53,570 nucleotides of DNA, taken from the NCBI GenBank assembly GCA_964579955.1, contig CAZOJA010000001.1, positions 1 to 53,570 on the forward strand, in the 5' to 3' direction. The DNA comes from an uncultured Veillonellaceae bacterium. GTDB lineage: Bacteria; Bacillota; Negativicutes; UBA1444. Position 1 is the stretch's first letter. Each line of letters starts with the position of its first letter. Shown here piece by piece: positions 7,564 to 15,765 of the stretch. The position numbers were made by a program, and so were the translations under genes. A model generated the notes under the pieces. That model ran no database searches and had not been told where the DNA came from. It was given only the letters and a program-made list of their open reading frames with translations.

Positions 7564-9033
7564 TCAGCGCTGCGGTTTGGTAAGCTGACCCTGCAGCGTG
7601 ATCGTCCCCTGCGTCGCTCCGGCGCCTGCGGAGGTTGGCGGTTTTTTGGGGTCGACTTGGGCCGGAGATTTTCCGTCCAAGGGCTTGGTACCGATTTTCA
7701 CGATTCGATTTACCGGGTCATAGTCGTCTGTTGCCAGCAATTGCCGTTCTTCTTTGCCGTTGATCATCCGGATGCGGTAGGATGACACGCGAAAGCCTCG
7801 CTGCGGCGATTCGTCGATGACCTCTTTGCCGACATCCAGTGTCGGGTCTGGCTGTTTCACTTCCACCGGCTCGATAACCCGATGAACGACATAATCCAGT
7901 TCGATCGGTGGCGGCGCATCCTTGACATCGCCCAACACCGAGAAATACAGCTCGTTATCGGTAATGACGGCATACAGCATGATCGGGTGAGATAAATTGT
8001 TCTTGAACTTAAAATCGATATGACCGTCCACCACCGTCGCGTCAAATCCCAATGGGACATAGCCGATCGCCCGTCCATGGTTGCTTCGGTCGACAATATC
8101 CAGGTTTGCCAGAAGTGCGGAATTATAAAGTGTGCTGCTGACCTGGCACACTCCGCCTCCCCAATCGGGAACCAACTTGCCGTCAAGAATGACCGGCGCC
8201 ATCCGGAATCCCTGTTGTTGCGTCCGGTTGCCCACAATATTGTTATAGGAGAAAACTTCGCCCGGATTCAGTCTAGTACCATGGATGCGCTGGGTGGCAA
8301 GCCGGAGATTGGCATTTCGGTCATAATCCCAAGGTTTGAAATACGTTGAATATAAGGAGAGCATTGTGTTGATGCCGGCAAAACTGGCATCGCTAGTTTT
8401 CGGCTGCTGTTTGTTGAACTTGAGGTCAACGACATAGGCCAATTGCATCTGCGGTTCGTTGAACGCAGCGGCCAAGGTTCCGGTTATGTCCAGGGATCTG
8501 CCTTCCACGGCGGGAATCAGCGCCACGTTTTTGGACTTGACCAATACCAACAGGGCTGCGTCTCGGGCCTGACGATCAATTTTGGGCGCCAGATCGCGTA
8601 GGATGCCGGCGAGTTTTTCCTTGTTCAGTCCAAGCTGAATCGGCAGGTGTAATTCATGTTCCCGCGCACTAAGGCGATCTTGCCAACGCTGCAGGAAATC
8701 GCCGCTGCGACCAAACGCCATACAGGCATTCACGGTCTTTTTGACATCGATTTTGAAATCAACCCTGTCCGGCGGTACAAACCAGACTTCATGCTGGTCT
8801 GTCAGCATAATCGGCGTTGCCGCAGTGGCATGCACGACATCCAGGAGTCTGCTTTCGGCTTCCTCACGGGTCAGCCCGCCGACATCAATGTATGCGACAA
8901 ATACGTTCGGCAAGATCCGCGAATCTGCCAGAATGGCCTGGTCGGCCGCCACGACGCCGACTGCAGCCAGCAGCAGCAAGATGCCGGACAGCAGTAACAA
9001 CTGGTGTTTGCGTGAATTTAGCCCCCAACGCAC
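7564..9033 (-). CDS. VanW-family protein with N-terminal TM, peptidoglycan-binding-like region and C-terminal G5 domain
   Basis: GTG start. TM LLLLSGILLLLAAVGVVAA. VanW core (GEVFSYNNIVG...GGGVCQVSSTLYNSAL...RSNH). The G5-like tail is (EVKQPDPTLDVGKEVIDESPQRGFRVSSYRIRMINGKE). Confidence 0.85.
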   Translation of the reverse strand: MRWGLNSRKHQLLLLSGILLLLAAVGVVAADQAILADSRILPNVFVAYIDVGGLTREEAESRLLDVVHATAATPIMLTDQHEVWFVPPDRVDFKIDVKKTVNACMAFGRSGDFLQRWQDRLSAREHELHLPIQLGLNKEKLAGILRDLAPKIDRQARDAALLVLVKSKNVALIPAVEGRSLDITGTLAAAFNEPQMQLAYVVDLKFNKQQPKTSDASFAGINTMLSLYSTYFKPWDYDRNANLRLATQRIHGTRLNPGEVFSYNNIVGNRTQQQGFRMAPVILDGKLVPDWGGGVCQVSSTLYNSALLANLDIVDRSNHGRAIGYVPLGFDATVVDGHIDFKFKNNLSHPIMLYAVITDNELYFSVLGDVKDAPPPIELDYVVHRVIEPVEVKQPDPTLDVGKEVIDESPQRGFRVSSYRIRMINGKEERQLLATDDYDPVNRIVKIGTKPLDGKSPAQVDPKKPPTSAGAGATQGTITLQGQLTKPQR

Positions 9034-9065
9034 AACAAGACACTTCCCATCGCAATATTCAATAT

Positions 9066-9326
9066 TTATCGTGAATCATCATGCTGATGATACGCCAATA
9101 TCCAGGAAAAAATGACAGCGACCAAAACGATGAACAGGATATGGAATCCGGTGATTGGCGAAGGCCAGATCAAGATTCGCGGAAAGCAAAGCAATAAAAG
9201 ATATGAAAAACCTCCGCACCAATAGAGGGTGCGGAGACGAAACGGCCAACAAACCCAGCGTTTTGCCACCGAAATAACGACAATCAGGCAGATGATGCTG
9301 ACAAAGCTTAGCCATTCAAACTTCAT
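9066..9326 (-). CDS. Small (86-aa) polytopic membrane protein, unknown function
   Basis: The ORF has three hydrophobic segments and sits directly upstream of, and co-oriented with, the VanW gene. There is no SD. The ATG lies exactly 6 nt after a -10 hexamer, so the mRNA may be leaderless. Confidence 0.45.
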   Translation of the reverse strand: MKFEWLSFVSIICLIVVISVAKRWVCWPFRLRTLYWCGGFSYLLLLCFPRILIWPSPITGFHILFIVLVAVIFSWILAYHQHDDSR

Positions 9327-9332
9327 ACGAAT

Positions 9333-9360
9333 ATTTTAACATTCGACACCCAACTGTCAA
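9333..9360 (-). promoter_or_regulatory. Candidate sigma-A promoter giving a leaderless transcript
   Basis: On the minus strand: TTGACA (9360..9355), a 16-nt spacer, TAAAAT (9338..9333), then 6 nt and the ATG at 9326. Confidence 0.4.
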
Positions 9361-9369
9361 ACTCCTTTT

Positions 9370-10614
9370 CTAGCGGGAGGACGACCCCATTTCTGCCGCT
9401 GCTCCCAATAGCGCCAGCAACGAGTGTTCAAACGTCAGGCCCCCTTGCAAATAGACGGCGAACGGTTCGCGAAGCGGTCCATCGGCGCTTAGTTCGATCG
9501 ACGATCCCTGCACGAAGGTTCCGCCTGCCATCACGACCGGATCTGGATAACCTGGCATTGGCGCGGGAACCGGCTTCACATGGGAATCGACCGGCGAGTA
9601 TTTCTGCAATCCGCGGCAAAAGGCAGTCAGCTTTTCCGCCGAACCGAGTTCAATCGCCTGAATGATGTCGTAGCGGGCAGCATCGGCCGCCGGATGGACC
9701 GGATAGCCCATGGCGGCAAAAAAGGCGGCGGCGAACAACGCGCTCTTGATTGCCTGCGAGGTTGTGTGCGGAGCCAGGAACAAGCCTTGATAGTATAGGC
9801 GATACCCATCCTGGCAGGATCCGACTTCCGCACCGATGCCGGGAGCGGTCAGTCGGCTGGCAGCCAGTTCCACCAGGTCGGCGCGACCGGCGATATAAGC
9901 TCCGGTTGGTGCAATGCCGCCGCCGGGATTTTTGATTAGCGAACCGACTGCCAAATCAGCGCCAACGGCAGTCGGTTCAGCAGTTTCGGTAAATTCGCCG
10001 TAACAATTGTCTACCATGACCACGCAATCCGGCCGCACAGCTTTAATCGCCTGGCAAACGGCTTCGATGTGAGCGACCGAAAGCGTTTGTCGCAGACTGT
10101 AACCGCAGGAACGCTGAATCAGCACGAGCCGCGTTTCCGGACGAAGCGCTGAGCAGATCGATCCGGGGTCGAGCGCTTGAACGAACGGCGTTTCGCGGTA
10201 AGTGACGCCGAATTCTTTCAGGCAGCCGGGAACCGGCTTCGGATGTCCGATAACCGTACACAAGGTATCATAAGGCGTGCCGGTGAGTGATAACAGTTCA
10301 TCGCCGGGGCGCAAAATCCCGAATAACGCGGTGGCCAAAGCGTGGGTGCCGGAAACGAACTGAGGCCTGACCAATGCCGCTTCGGCGGCAAAGACCTCCG
10401 CCCAAACGGCAGCCAGTTTGTCTCGGCCCTGATCGCCATAGCCATAGCCTGTGGTTTGGCGAAAATCGTAGTCGGATACCTGATGTTTGCGATACGCGTC
10501 AAGGATCCGGGCGGTGTTCTGCAGCGAGGTCGCTTCGATTTGGGCGAAGCGTGGCTGCAATTCTTTCAGGATGCGGTCTTTTAGTGAAAGTATCGATGCA
10601 GGAAAACGATTCAC
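9370..10614 (-). CDS. ynbB: YnbB-type PLP-dependent protein (methionine gamma-lyase / 'aluminium resistance' family)
   Basis: GYGYGDQGRDKL...VRPQFVSGTHALA aligns by eye with B. subtilis YnbB, and the position downstream of hflX matches Bacillus. The start is moved to GTG 10614 (AGGA 9 nt upstream), because the longer ORF overlaps hflX. Confidence 0.8.
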   Translation of the reverse strand: MNRFPASILSLKDRILKELQPRFAQIEATSLQNTARILDAYRKHQVSDYDFRQTTGYGYGDQGRDKLAAVWAEVFAAEAALVRPQFVSGTHALATALFGILRPGDELLSLTGTPYDTLCTVIGHPKPVPGCLKEFGVTYRETPFVQALDPGSICSALRPETRLVLIQRSCGYSLRQTLSVAHIEAVCQAIKAVRPDCVVMVDNCYGEFTETAEPTAVGADLAVGSLIKNPGGGIAPTGAYIAGRADLVELAASRLTAPGIGAEVGSCQDGYRLYYQGLFLAPHTTSQAIKSALFAAAFFAAMGYPVHPAADAARYDIIQAIELGSAEKLTAFCRGLQKYSPVDSHVKPVPAPMPGYPDPVVMAGGTFVQGSSIELSADGPLREPFAVYLQGGLTFEHSLLALLGAAAEMGSSSR

Positions 10615-10619
10615 AAACT

Positions 10620-11894
10620 CTAGTCCTTTCTTTCTGAGATGTATGCTGACAGTTGTCCGGCCAATGAAGCCGGCGCCAGGGTTCTGACCCATACACCTTC
10701 CGGGGTGTATTCCTTTTCTTGTACCACGGCCTGTTCGTGCAACAGATTCAGGATTCCCGACTCTTCGTAGGGGATCAGAAGTTGCAGCGAACGGTCCAGT
10801 TGGCTAAGCAGCGTATCCAAGTCTTTGAGCAACTGTTCCAGTCCTTCGCCGGTTGCTGCGGAAATCGCCACAGAGCCCGCTTTCCAAAGCAGACGGCGAA
10901 ACTTGGCCGGACCGGTCAAACAATCGACTTTGTTCATTACAGTGAAGATTTTTTTGTCAGCTGCTCCCAGCTCCTTGAGCACATCATATACGGAGCGGCT
11001 CTGTTCCTCCCATTCCTCCGAACTGGCATCGATGACATGCATTAACAGGTCGGCATAGACGACTTCTTCCAGTGTGGCGCGAAACGCCGCAATCAGGGCG
11101 TGCGGCAATTTCCGGATGAATCCGACAGTGTCCGCCAGCAGCACTTTGCGACCCGAAGGCAGAATCAGCATACGAATCGTCGGATCCAGCGTGGCAAACA
11201 ATTTGTCTTCGACCAGCACTCCGGCATCGGTAAGACGGTTGAGCAAGGTCGATTTGCCGGCATTGGTATAGCCCACAATGGCGACGCAGGGAAGCCCGGA
11301 CTGGATGCGGCGGCTTCGCTGGAGAGCCCTCTGAGCAGATACCGTTTTTAAAGATTCTTCAATATCATGGATCTTGTCGCGAATCGTGCGTCGATCCACT
11401 TCCAGTTTGGTTTCGCCCGGGCCACGGGTGCCGATGCCGCCGCCAAGACGTGACATTACCAAGCCTTTGCCGCCCAGACGCGGCAACAGATAACGCATCT
11501 GAGCCAGTTCGACCTGAAGTTTTCCTTCGTAGGAATGGGCGCGTTGGGCGAAAATATCCAGAATCAGCGCCGTACGGTCGATGACTTTTACTTCCATGAT
11601 TTTTTCAATATTGCGTTGCTGGGCCGGCGAAAGCTGATCGTCAAACACGATCGTTGTCGCTTGGGTCTGCTGCTGCAGCGCCTTGAGTTCTTCCAGCTTG
11701 CCTTTGCCGATATAGGTAGCGATGTCGGGGCGCTCACGGCGCTGGATGATCGTACCCACCACTTCGCCGCCGGCGGTCTCGACCAATCGATCAAGCTCAG
11801 CCAGTGTTTCAACGATATTCTGTTCCTTGTCGATGTCTGTGCCGACCAGGATAACGGTTTCCTTAGGCGGCGCGCTTGTGAAAATTTCTTTCAT
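10620..11894 (-). CDS. hflX: GTPase HflX
   Basis: HflX N-domain plus G-domain (GYTNAGKSTL, DTVGF, NKVD). The start is set to ATG 11894, because the TTG at 11906 lies inside the hfq terminator T-tract. Confidence 0.9.
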   Translation of the reverse strand: MKEIFTSAPPKETVILVGTDIDKEQNIVETLAELDRLVETAGGEVVGTIIQRRERPDIATYIGKGKLEELKALQQQTQATTIVFDDQLSPAQQRNIEKIMEVKVIDRTALILDIFAQRAHSYEGKLQVELAQMRYLLPRLGGKGLVMSRLGGGIGTRGPGETKLEVDRRTIRDKIHDIEESLKTVSAQRALQRSRRIQSGLPCVAIVGYTNAGKSTLLNRLTDAGVLVEDKLFATLDPTIRMLILPSGRKVLLADTVGFIRKLPHALIAAFRATLEEVVYADLLMHVIDASSEEWEEQSRSVYDVLKELGAADKKIFTVMNKVDCLTGPAKFRRLLWKAGSVAISAATGEGLEQLLKDLDTLLSQLDRSLQLLIPYEESGILNLLHEQAVVQEKEYTPEGVWVRTLAPASLAGQLSAYISERKD

Positions 11895-11903
11895 CGATTC
11901 ACG

Positions 11904-11933
11904 CAAAAAGCCCCAGGCGGTGGACCCGGGGCT
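11904..11933 (-). terminator. Intrinsic terminator after hfq
   Basis: On the minus strand: AGCCCCGGG-TCCACCG-CCTGGGGCT followed by TTTTTG. It ends 9 nt before the hflX ATG. Confidence 0.7.
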
Positions 11934-11947
11934 TATCCTTTCGAATA

Positions 11948-12202
11948 TTATTGGTTCGCCGGCTCTTCCCGCTTATCTGTAAATAGCGCCTGCAACGGCC
12001 GAATCGGCGTGATGGTCGAGATGGCGTGCTTGTAAACCAATTGGTGCTTGCCATCATTCTCCAGAATCACCGTGAAGTTGTCGAACCCCTTCACTGCTCC
12101 CCGCAGTTGAAAGCCATTCGCCAGGTAAATGATTACCGGAATGTTTTCTTTGCGGATCTGATTGAGAAAGTTATCCTGTAGATTCAACAACTTTGTGTTC
12201 AT
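11948..12202 (-). CDS. hfq: RNA chaperone Hfq
   Basis: 84 aa with Sm motifs ([52 protein letters not shown]). Confidence 0.95.
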   Translation of the reverse strand: MNTKLLNLQDNFLNQIRKENIPVIIYLANGFQLRGAVKGFDNFTVILENDGKHQLVYKHAISTITPIRPLQALFTDKREEPANQ

Positions 12203-12236
12203 GACGCACCTCCCGTCGCTTGCTTACACAGTAATT

Positions 12237-13145
12237 CTACTTGATTGCAAATCTTTCCGCAACCCGCCTGCGTATCAGATTCAGCGCCATATCCATCGTA
12301 GCCGTCGCATTCAGTTCGATCCATTCCAGGTATGGCATCCGGCGAAACCATGTCAATTGCCGTTTGGCATAGCGCCGACTGGCCAGTTTCACCTGTTCGA
12401 TCGCCGTTTCCAACGGGACATCGCCTTGCGTGGCAGCGATAAACTCTTTGTAACCGATCGCCTGCAATGCGGTGGCATTGGTGGCCAGCCCTTTGGACAA
12501 CAGGGAATCGACTTCCCCTAACAGCCCCTGCCCCACCATCTGGTCGACCCGTTGGTCAATCCTGCGGTACAAGGCTTGACGCTCCATCGTCAATCCGAAT
12601 GCCAGACAGTCATACTGCAACTGCGCCGCTCTCTCTCTCGACAGCGGTTTATTCTCGTTCGTGATGACTTCCAGTGCCCGCAGTATCCGTTTCCGGTCGT
12701 TCGGATGAATGCGACTTGCGGTCGAAGGGTCGCGTTCGTTCAATTTTTCGTAGAGTGTGTCAGTGGATTCGGTTTCGTCGCGTAGTGGTGTAACGGGTGT
12801 CGGACTGAACTGGTAGCCTTCCAGCAAGGCCTGGATGTATAGCCCGGTTCCGCCGACCAGAATCGGGAGTTTGTTACGACGATTCACCTCGTCGATCGCG
12901 GCTGAGGCGAACTGTTGAAAATCGACAACAGAAAAAGGTTCTGTCGGCTGCCGGATATCGATCAAATGGTGAGGGACTAGCTTTTGTTCGGCGGCGGAAG
13001 GTTTTGCCGTGCCGATGTCCAGCCCGCGATATACGCACATGGAGTCGCCGGAAACGATTTCCCCGTCCAATTGTTGGGCCAGTCGCAGCGCCAGAGCGCT
13101 TTTGCCGACAGCGGTCGGTCCGGCGATCACGAGCAATCGGTTCAA
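12237..13145 (-). CDS. miaA: tRNA dimethylallyltransferase
   Basis: TTG start. Has P-loop GPTAVGKS, DSMCVYRGLDIGTAKP and VGGTGLY. Confidence 0.95.
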   Translation of the reverse strand: MNRLLVIAGPTAVGKSALALRLAQQLDGEIVSGDSMCVYRGLDIGTAKPSAAEQKLVPHHLIDIRQPTEPFSVVDFQQFASAAIDEVNRRNKLPILVGGTGLYIQALLEGYQFSPTPVTPLRDETESTDTLYEKLNERDPSTASRIHPNDRKRILRALEVITNENKPLSRERAAQLQYDCLAFGLTMERQALYRRIDQRVDQMVGQGLLGEVDSLLSKGLATNATALQAIGYKEFIAATQGDVPLETAIEQVKLASRRYAKRQLTWFRRMPYLEWIELNATATMDMALNLIRRRVAERFAIK

Positions 13146-13942
13146 GCCGGTTGTTCCCCCTTGTAAAGTATGCCATACCGCAAAGAACTATGTTGGCCAC
13201 CGGCAAAGTGGCGGATGCCAAGCCGGACGAATTCCGTGCTGCCGGACAATTCCTTGATGACGACCCGGGACTTTGCGACCCGCAGAGCCTGCTGCAGCGT
13301 TTCATGAGTCAGCGGTCTTGCATCGGCATAATCGCGCAATGATTGGATGCCGCTGCTGGATTTTTTCGGCCGACGGAACATCGGGTCAAAATAGACGACA
13401 TCAAAGGCGCCATCAGGCAGTTCAGGCAAGTACGCCGCGTGGTCCGCCGCCACAACTTCGATCCGGCCAGCGGCTTCGCATAACTCCGGACTGGAATCAT
13501 TAGCGTTGTTTTGCAGGCTCTCGACACCCCAGCGGGTCAGAAGTGCGACCAATGGAACCGACTCTACTCCGCGTACCCGGCCGGCTTTTCCCACCACATG
13601 CGCGGCAACCAGAGCATCGGCTGCCAGGCCCAGCGTACAGTCCAGCAAGTTCATTCCCGGCTCCAGACCAAGAGCTTTTACGAACGGATCGTTACCGCCG
13701 CGCAACAAGTTGAGAATGCGCAGCTCTGACAATCCCCGATGAAAGAAGAACTTCCCTGCCGCACTCGTGACAACCGGTTGTTGGTTTTCAAATACGATAA
13801 TTACTGTCGCATTAGTGTTTTTCTGCAAATCTTGCATAGACTGACGGTTTCTGGCAACAAACGGAACGCATAGCTGTCGGGAAAAATGTTCAGCCGCTGC
13901 AATATCGGCGGCAATTTCGCGTAAAGATGTTGTAACGATCAT
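13142..13942 (-). CDS. Class I SAM-dependent methyltransferase, RsmJ-like (DUF548-type)
   Basis: LLDCTLGLAADALVAA...VRGVE (SAM-binding loop), FDVVYFDPMF and the overall length resemble RsmJ-family enzymes. It has 4-nt overlaps with mutL (ATGA) and miaA (TTGA). Confidence 0.65.
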   Translation of the reverse strand: MIVTTSLREIAADIAAAEHFSRQLCVPFVARNRQSMQDLQKNTNATVIIVFENQQPVVTSAAGKFFFHRGLSELRILNLLRGGNDPFVKALGLEPGMNLLDCTLGLAADALVAAHVVGKAGRVRGVESVPLVALLTRWGVESLQNNANDSSPELCEAAGRIEVVAADHAAYLPELPDGAFDVVYFDPMFRRPKKSSSGIQSLRDYADARPLTHETLQQALRVAKSRVVIKELSGSTEFVRLGIRHFAGGQHSSLRYGILYKGEQPA

Positions 13943-15765
13943 ATGCGTTTGAACAGCTTTGCCAGATCCTGTTCGCTGAAGCGAATCAGCGTCGGCCTGC
14001 CGTGGGGACAGGTATAAGGTCTCGGCGTGTTGAGCAAGTCGTCAAGCAGGCCCTGCATCTGCTGCTGGTTCAGATTCTGTCCGAAGCGCACTGCCATATG
14101 GCAGGCCGCCGTCTCAATCCAGAGCTTGCGCAGCGCTTCGATGTCGGGAATTTTATACGACTGCGCCGCAGACAGGATCTGCCGGAACAGTGCACGCGCC
14201 TCGGTCGGCGGGATGTGGGTAGGCAATTCCGACAATCGGATAGAGGTTGGCCCTACCCAGTCGAAAATGAAACCCAGTTCGGCCAATTCGACGGCAAAGC
14301 TTTCGGCCGCCTGCACTTCCAGCGGATCGAGATCCAATACATCGGGGATCAATAAGGTTTGGAAATGTGCCGGGCTCTGCTGGCTCGCCAGCAGGTCGAA
14401 CAGAATCCGTTCATGTGCGGCGTGTTGGTCGACGATATAGAGACAATCCCCGTCGCTTGCCAAAATATAACACTGACGGAACTGACACAGCGCTTTGAGT
14501 TTTGACGTGGTCTGCGTGGCGGCCGGTTCGGCGACAACAGGATCAATTATCGCCGCCGAAGCGGCAGCTAGTGATTCTTCCGCATTATGTCCTTCTGTCA
14601 CTGCCGATTCCGGGTTGCCTGCCCCGTCTTCGGAACGCGTCCAGGCAAAGGAGGCCAGGGCCTGACTGCGTGATGGCTCCAAGCGGGGCAACGATTCCTG
14701 CACATAGCTTGGCTGATACGCCGGCCGGTAATTCATGTGGTCGAACGAGGCGGCTGCTTCCGCCGGACGTTCCGGCGCGTACAGGACATTTTTCAATGCT
14801 GCATGGATCGCGCGAAACACCGCCCGTTCATCCTGGAACTTGACTTCGGATTTTTGTGGATGCACATTGACGTCGAGCTGTTCGGCAGCGATTTCGATGT
14901 GCAGGGATACCAACGGGTAGCTGCCGTTAGGCAACAACGTCTGATAGGCAGTGTCGACCGCCCGGTTGAGCATGCGGCTGCCAATCACCCGGCGATTGAC
15001 CGTAAACGTCTGCCACTGCCGTGAACCCTTGCGAACCGAAGGTCGGGCGGCATAGCCGCTGATCCGGATATCTGCTTCCTCATAATCGATGGCAAACAAC
15101 TGTGAGAAGGTATCCGGCCCATATAAAGCGGAAAGCGTGTCTGCCAAGCGGCCGGTGCCGGGTGTCTGCAGACTGGTCCGCCCGTTGTTGACCAGACGGA
15201 ACACGACATCCGGGCGCGCGATGGCCAGACGGACCACGATGTCGTGAATGTGCGCGCTCTCGGCAGCAGCGGTCTTCATGAATTTGAGCCTGGGCGGCGT
15301 ATTGAAGAACAGATCACTGACCAACACCACCGTACCGACTTCGGCGCCGCATTCCGCGACGTCCTGCAACTGACCGCCGCTGATTTCCAACCGTGTGCCG
15401 AGAGGACTGCCAGGTTGCCGGCTGATCAGGCTGAATTTGGCGACAGAAGCGATGCTGGGCAACGCTTCGCCGCGAAAGCCCATGGATGCAACAGTGAATA
15501 AATCGTCCGAGCAGCGGATTTTGCTAGTGGCATGACGCAACACCGCCAAGCGGACCTCTTGCTCGGACATGCCGCATCCGTCATCTGTCACGCGTATTTT
15601 ACCCACGCCGCCGGCCTCGATTTCGATTTCAATCCGGCTGGCTCCGGCGTCGAGCGAGTTTTCCACCAACTCCTTGACAACCGAAGACGGCCGGTCAATC
15701 ACTTCCCCGGCAGCTATCTTGTTGATCGATGTATCGTCGAGCAGGTGGATTCTTGGTTCCGTCAC
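13939..15765 (-). CDS. mutL: DNA mismatch repair protein MutL
   Basis: GHKL ATPase N-terminus (AAGEVIDRPSSVVKELVENSLDAG) and C-terminal endonuclease motif DQHAAHERILF. Confidence 0.95.
   Translation of the reverse strand: MTEPRIHLLDDTSINKIAAGEVIDRPSSVVKELVENSLDAGASRIEIEIEAGGVGKIRVTDDGCGMSEQEVRLAVLRHATSKIRCSDDLFTVASMGFRGEALPSIASVAKFSLISRQPGSPLGTRLEISGGQLQDVAECGAEVGTVVLVSDLFFNTPPRLKFMKTAAAESAHIHDIVVRLAIARPDVVFRLVNNGRTSLQTPGTGRLADTLSALYGPDTFSQLFAIDYEEADIRISGYAARPSVRKGSRQWQTFTVNRRVIGSRMLNRAVDTAYQTLLPNGSYPLVSLHIEIAAEQLDVNVHPQKSEVKFQDERAVFRAIHAALKNVLYAPERPAEAAASFDHMNYRPAYQPSYVQESLPRLEPSRSQALASFAWTRSEDGAGNPESAVTEGHNAEESLAAASAAIIDPVVAEPAATQTTSKLKALCQFRQCYILASDGDCLYIVDQHAAHERILFDLLASQQSPAHFQTLLIPDVLDLDPLEVQAAESFAVELAELGFIFDWVGPTSIRLSELPTHIPPTEARALFRQILSAAQSYKIPDIEALRKLWIETAACHMAVRFGQNLNQQQMQGLLDDLLNTPRPYTCPHGRPTLIRFSEQDLAKLFKRI

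Noticed and set aside
9079-9315. An alternative 78-aa ORF overlapping the 86-aa membrane ORF on the same strand.
   Set aside because: It is in a different frame with an Arg/Leu/Pro-rich non-hydrophobic translation and no start context. The 9066-9326 frame gives coherent TM segments and aligns with the promoter.
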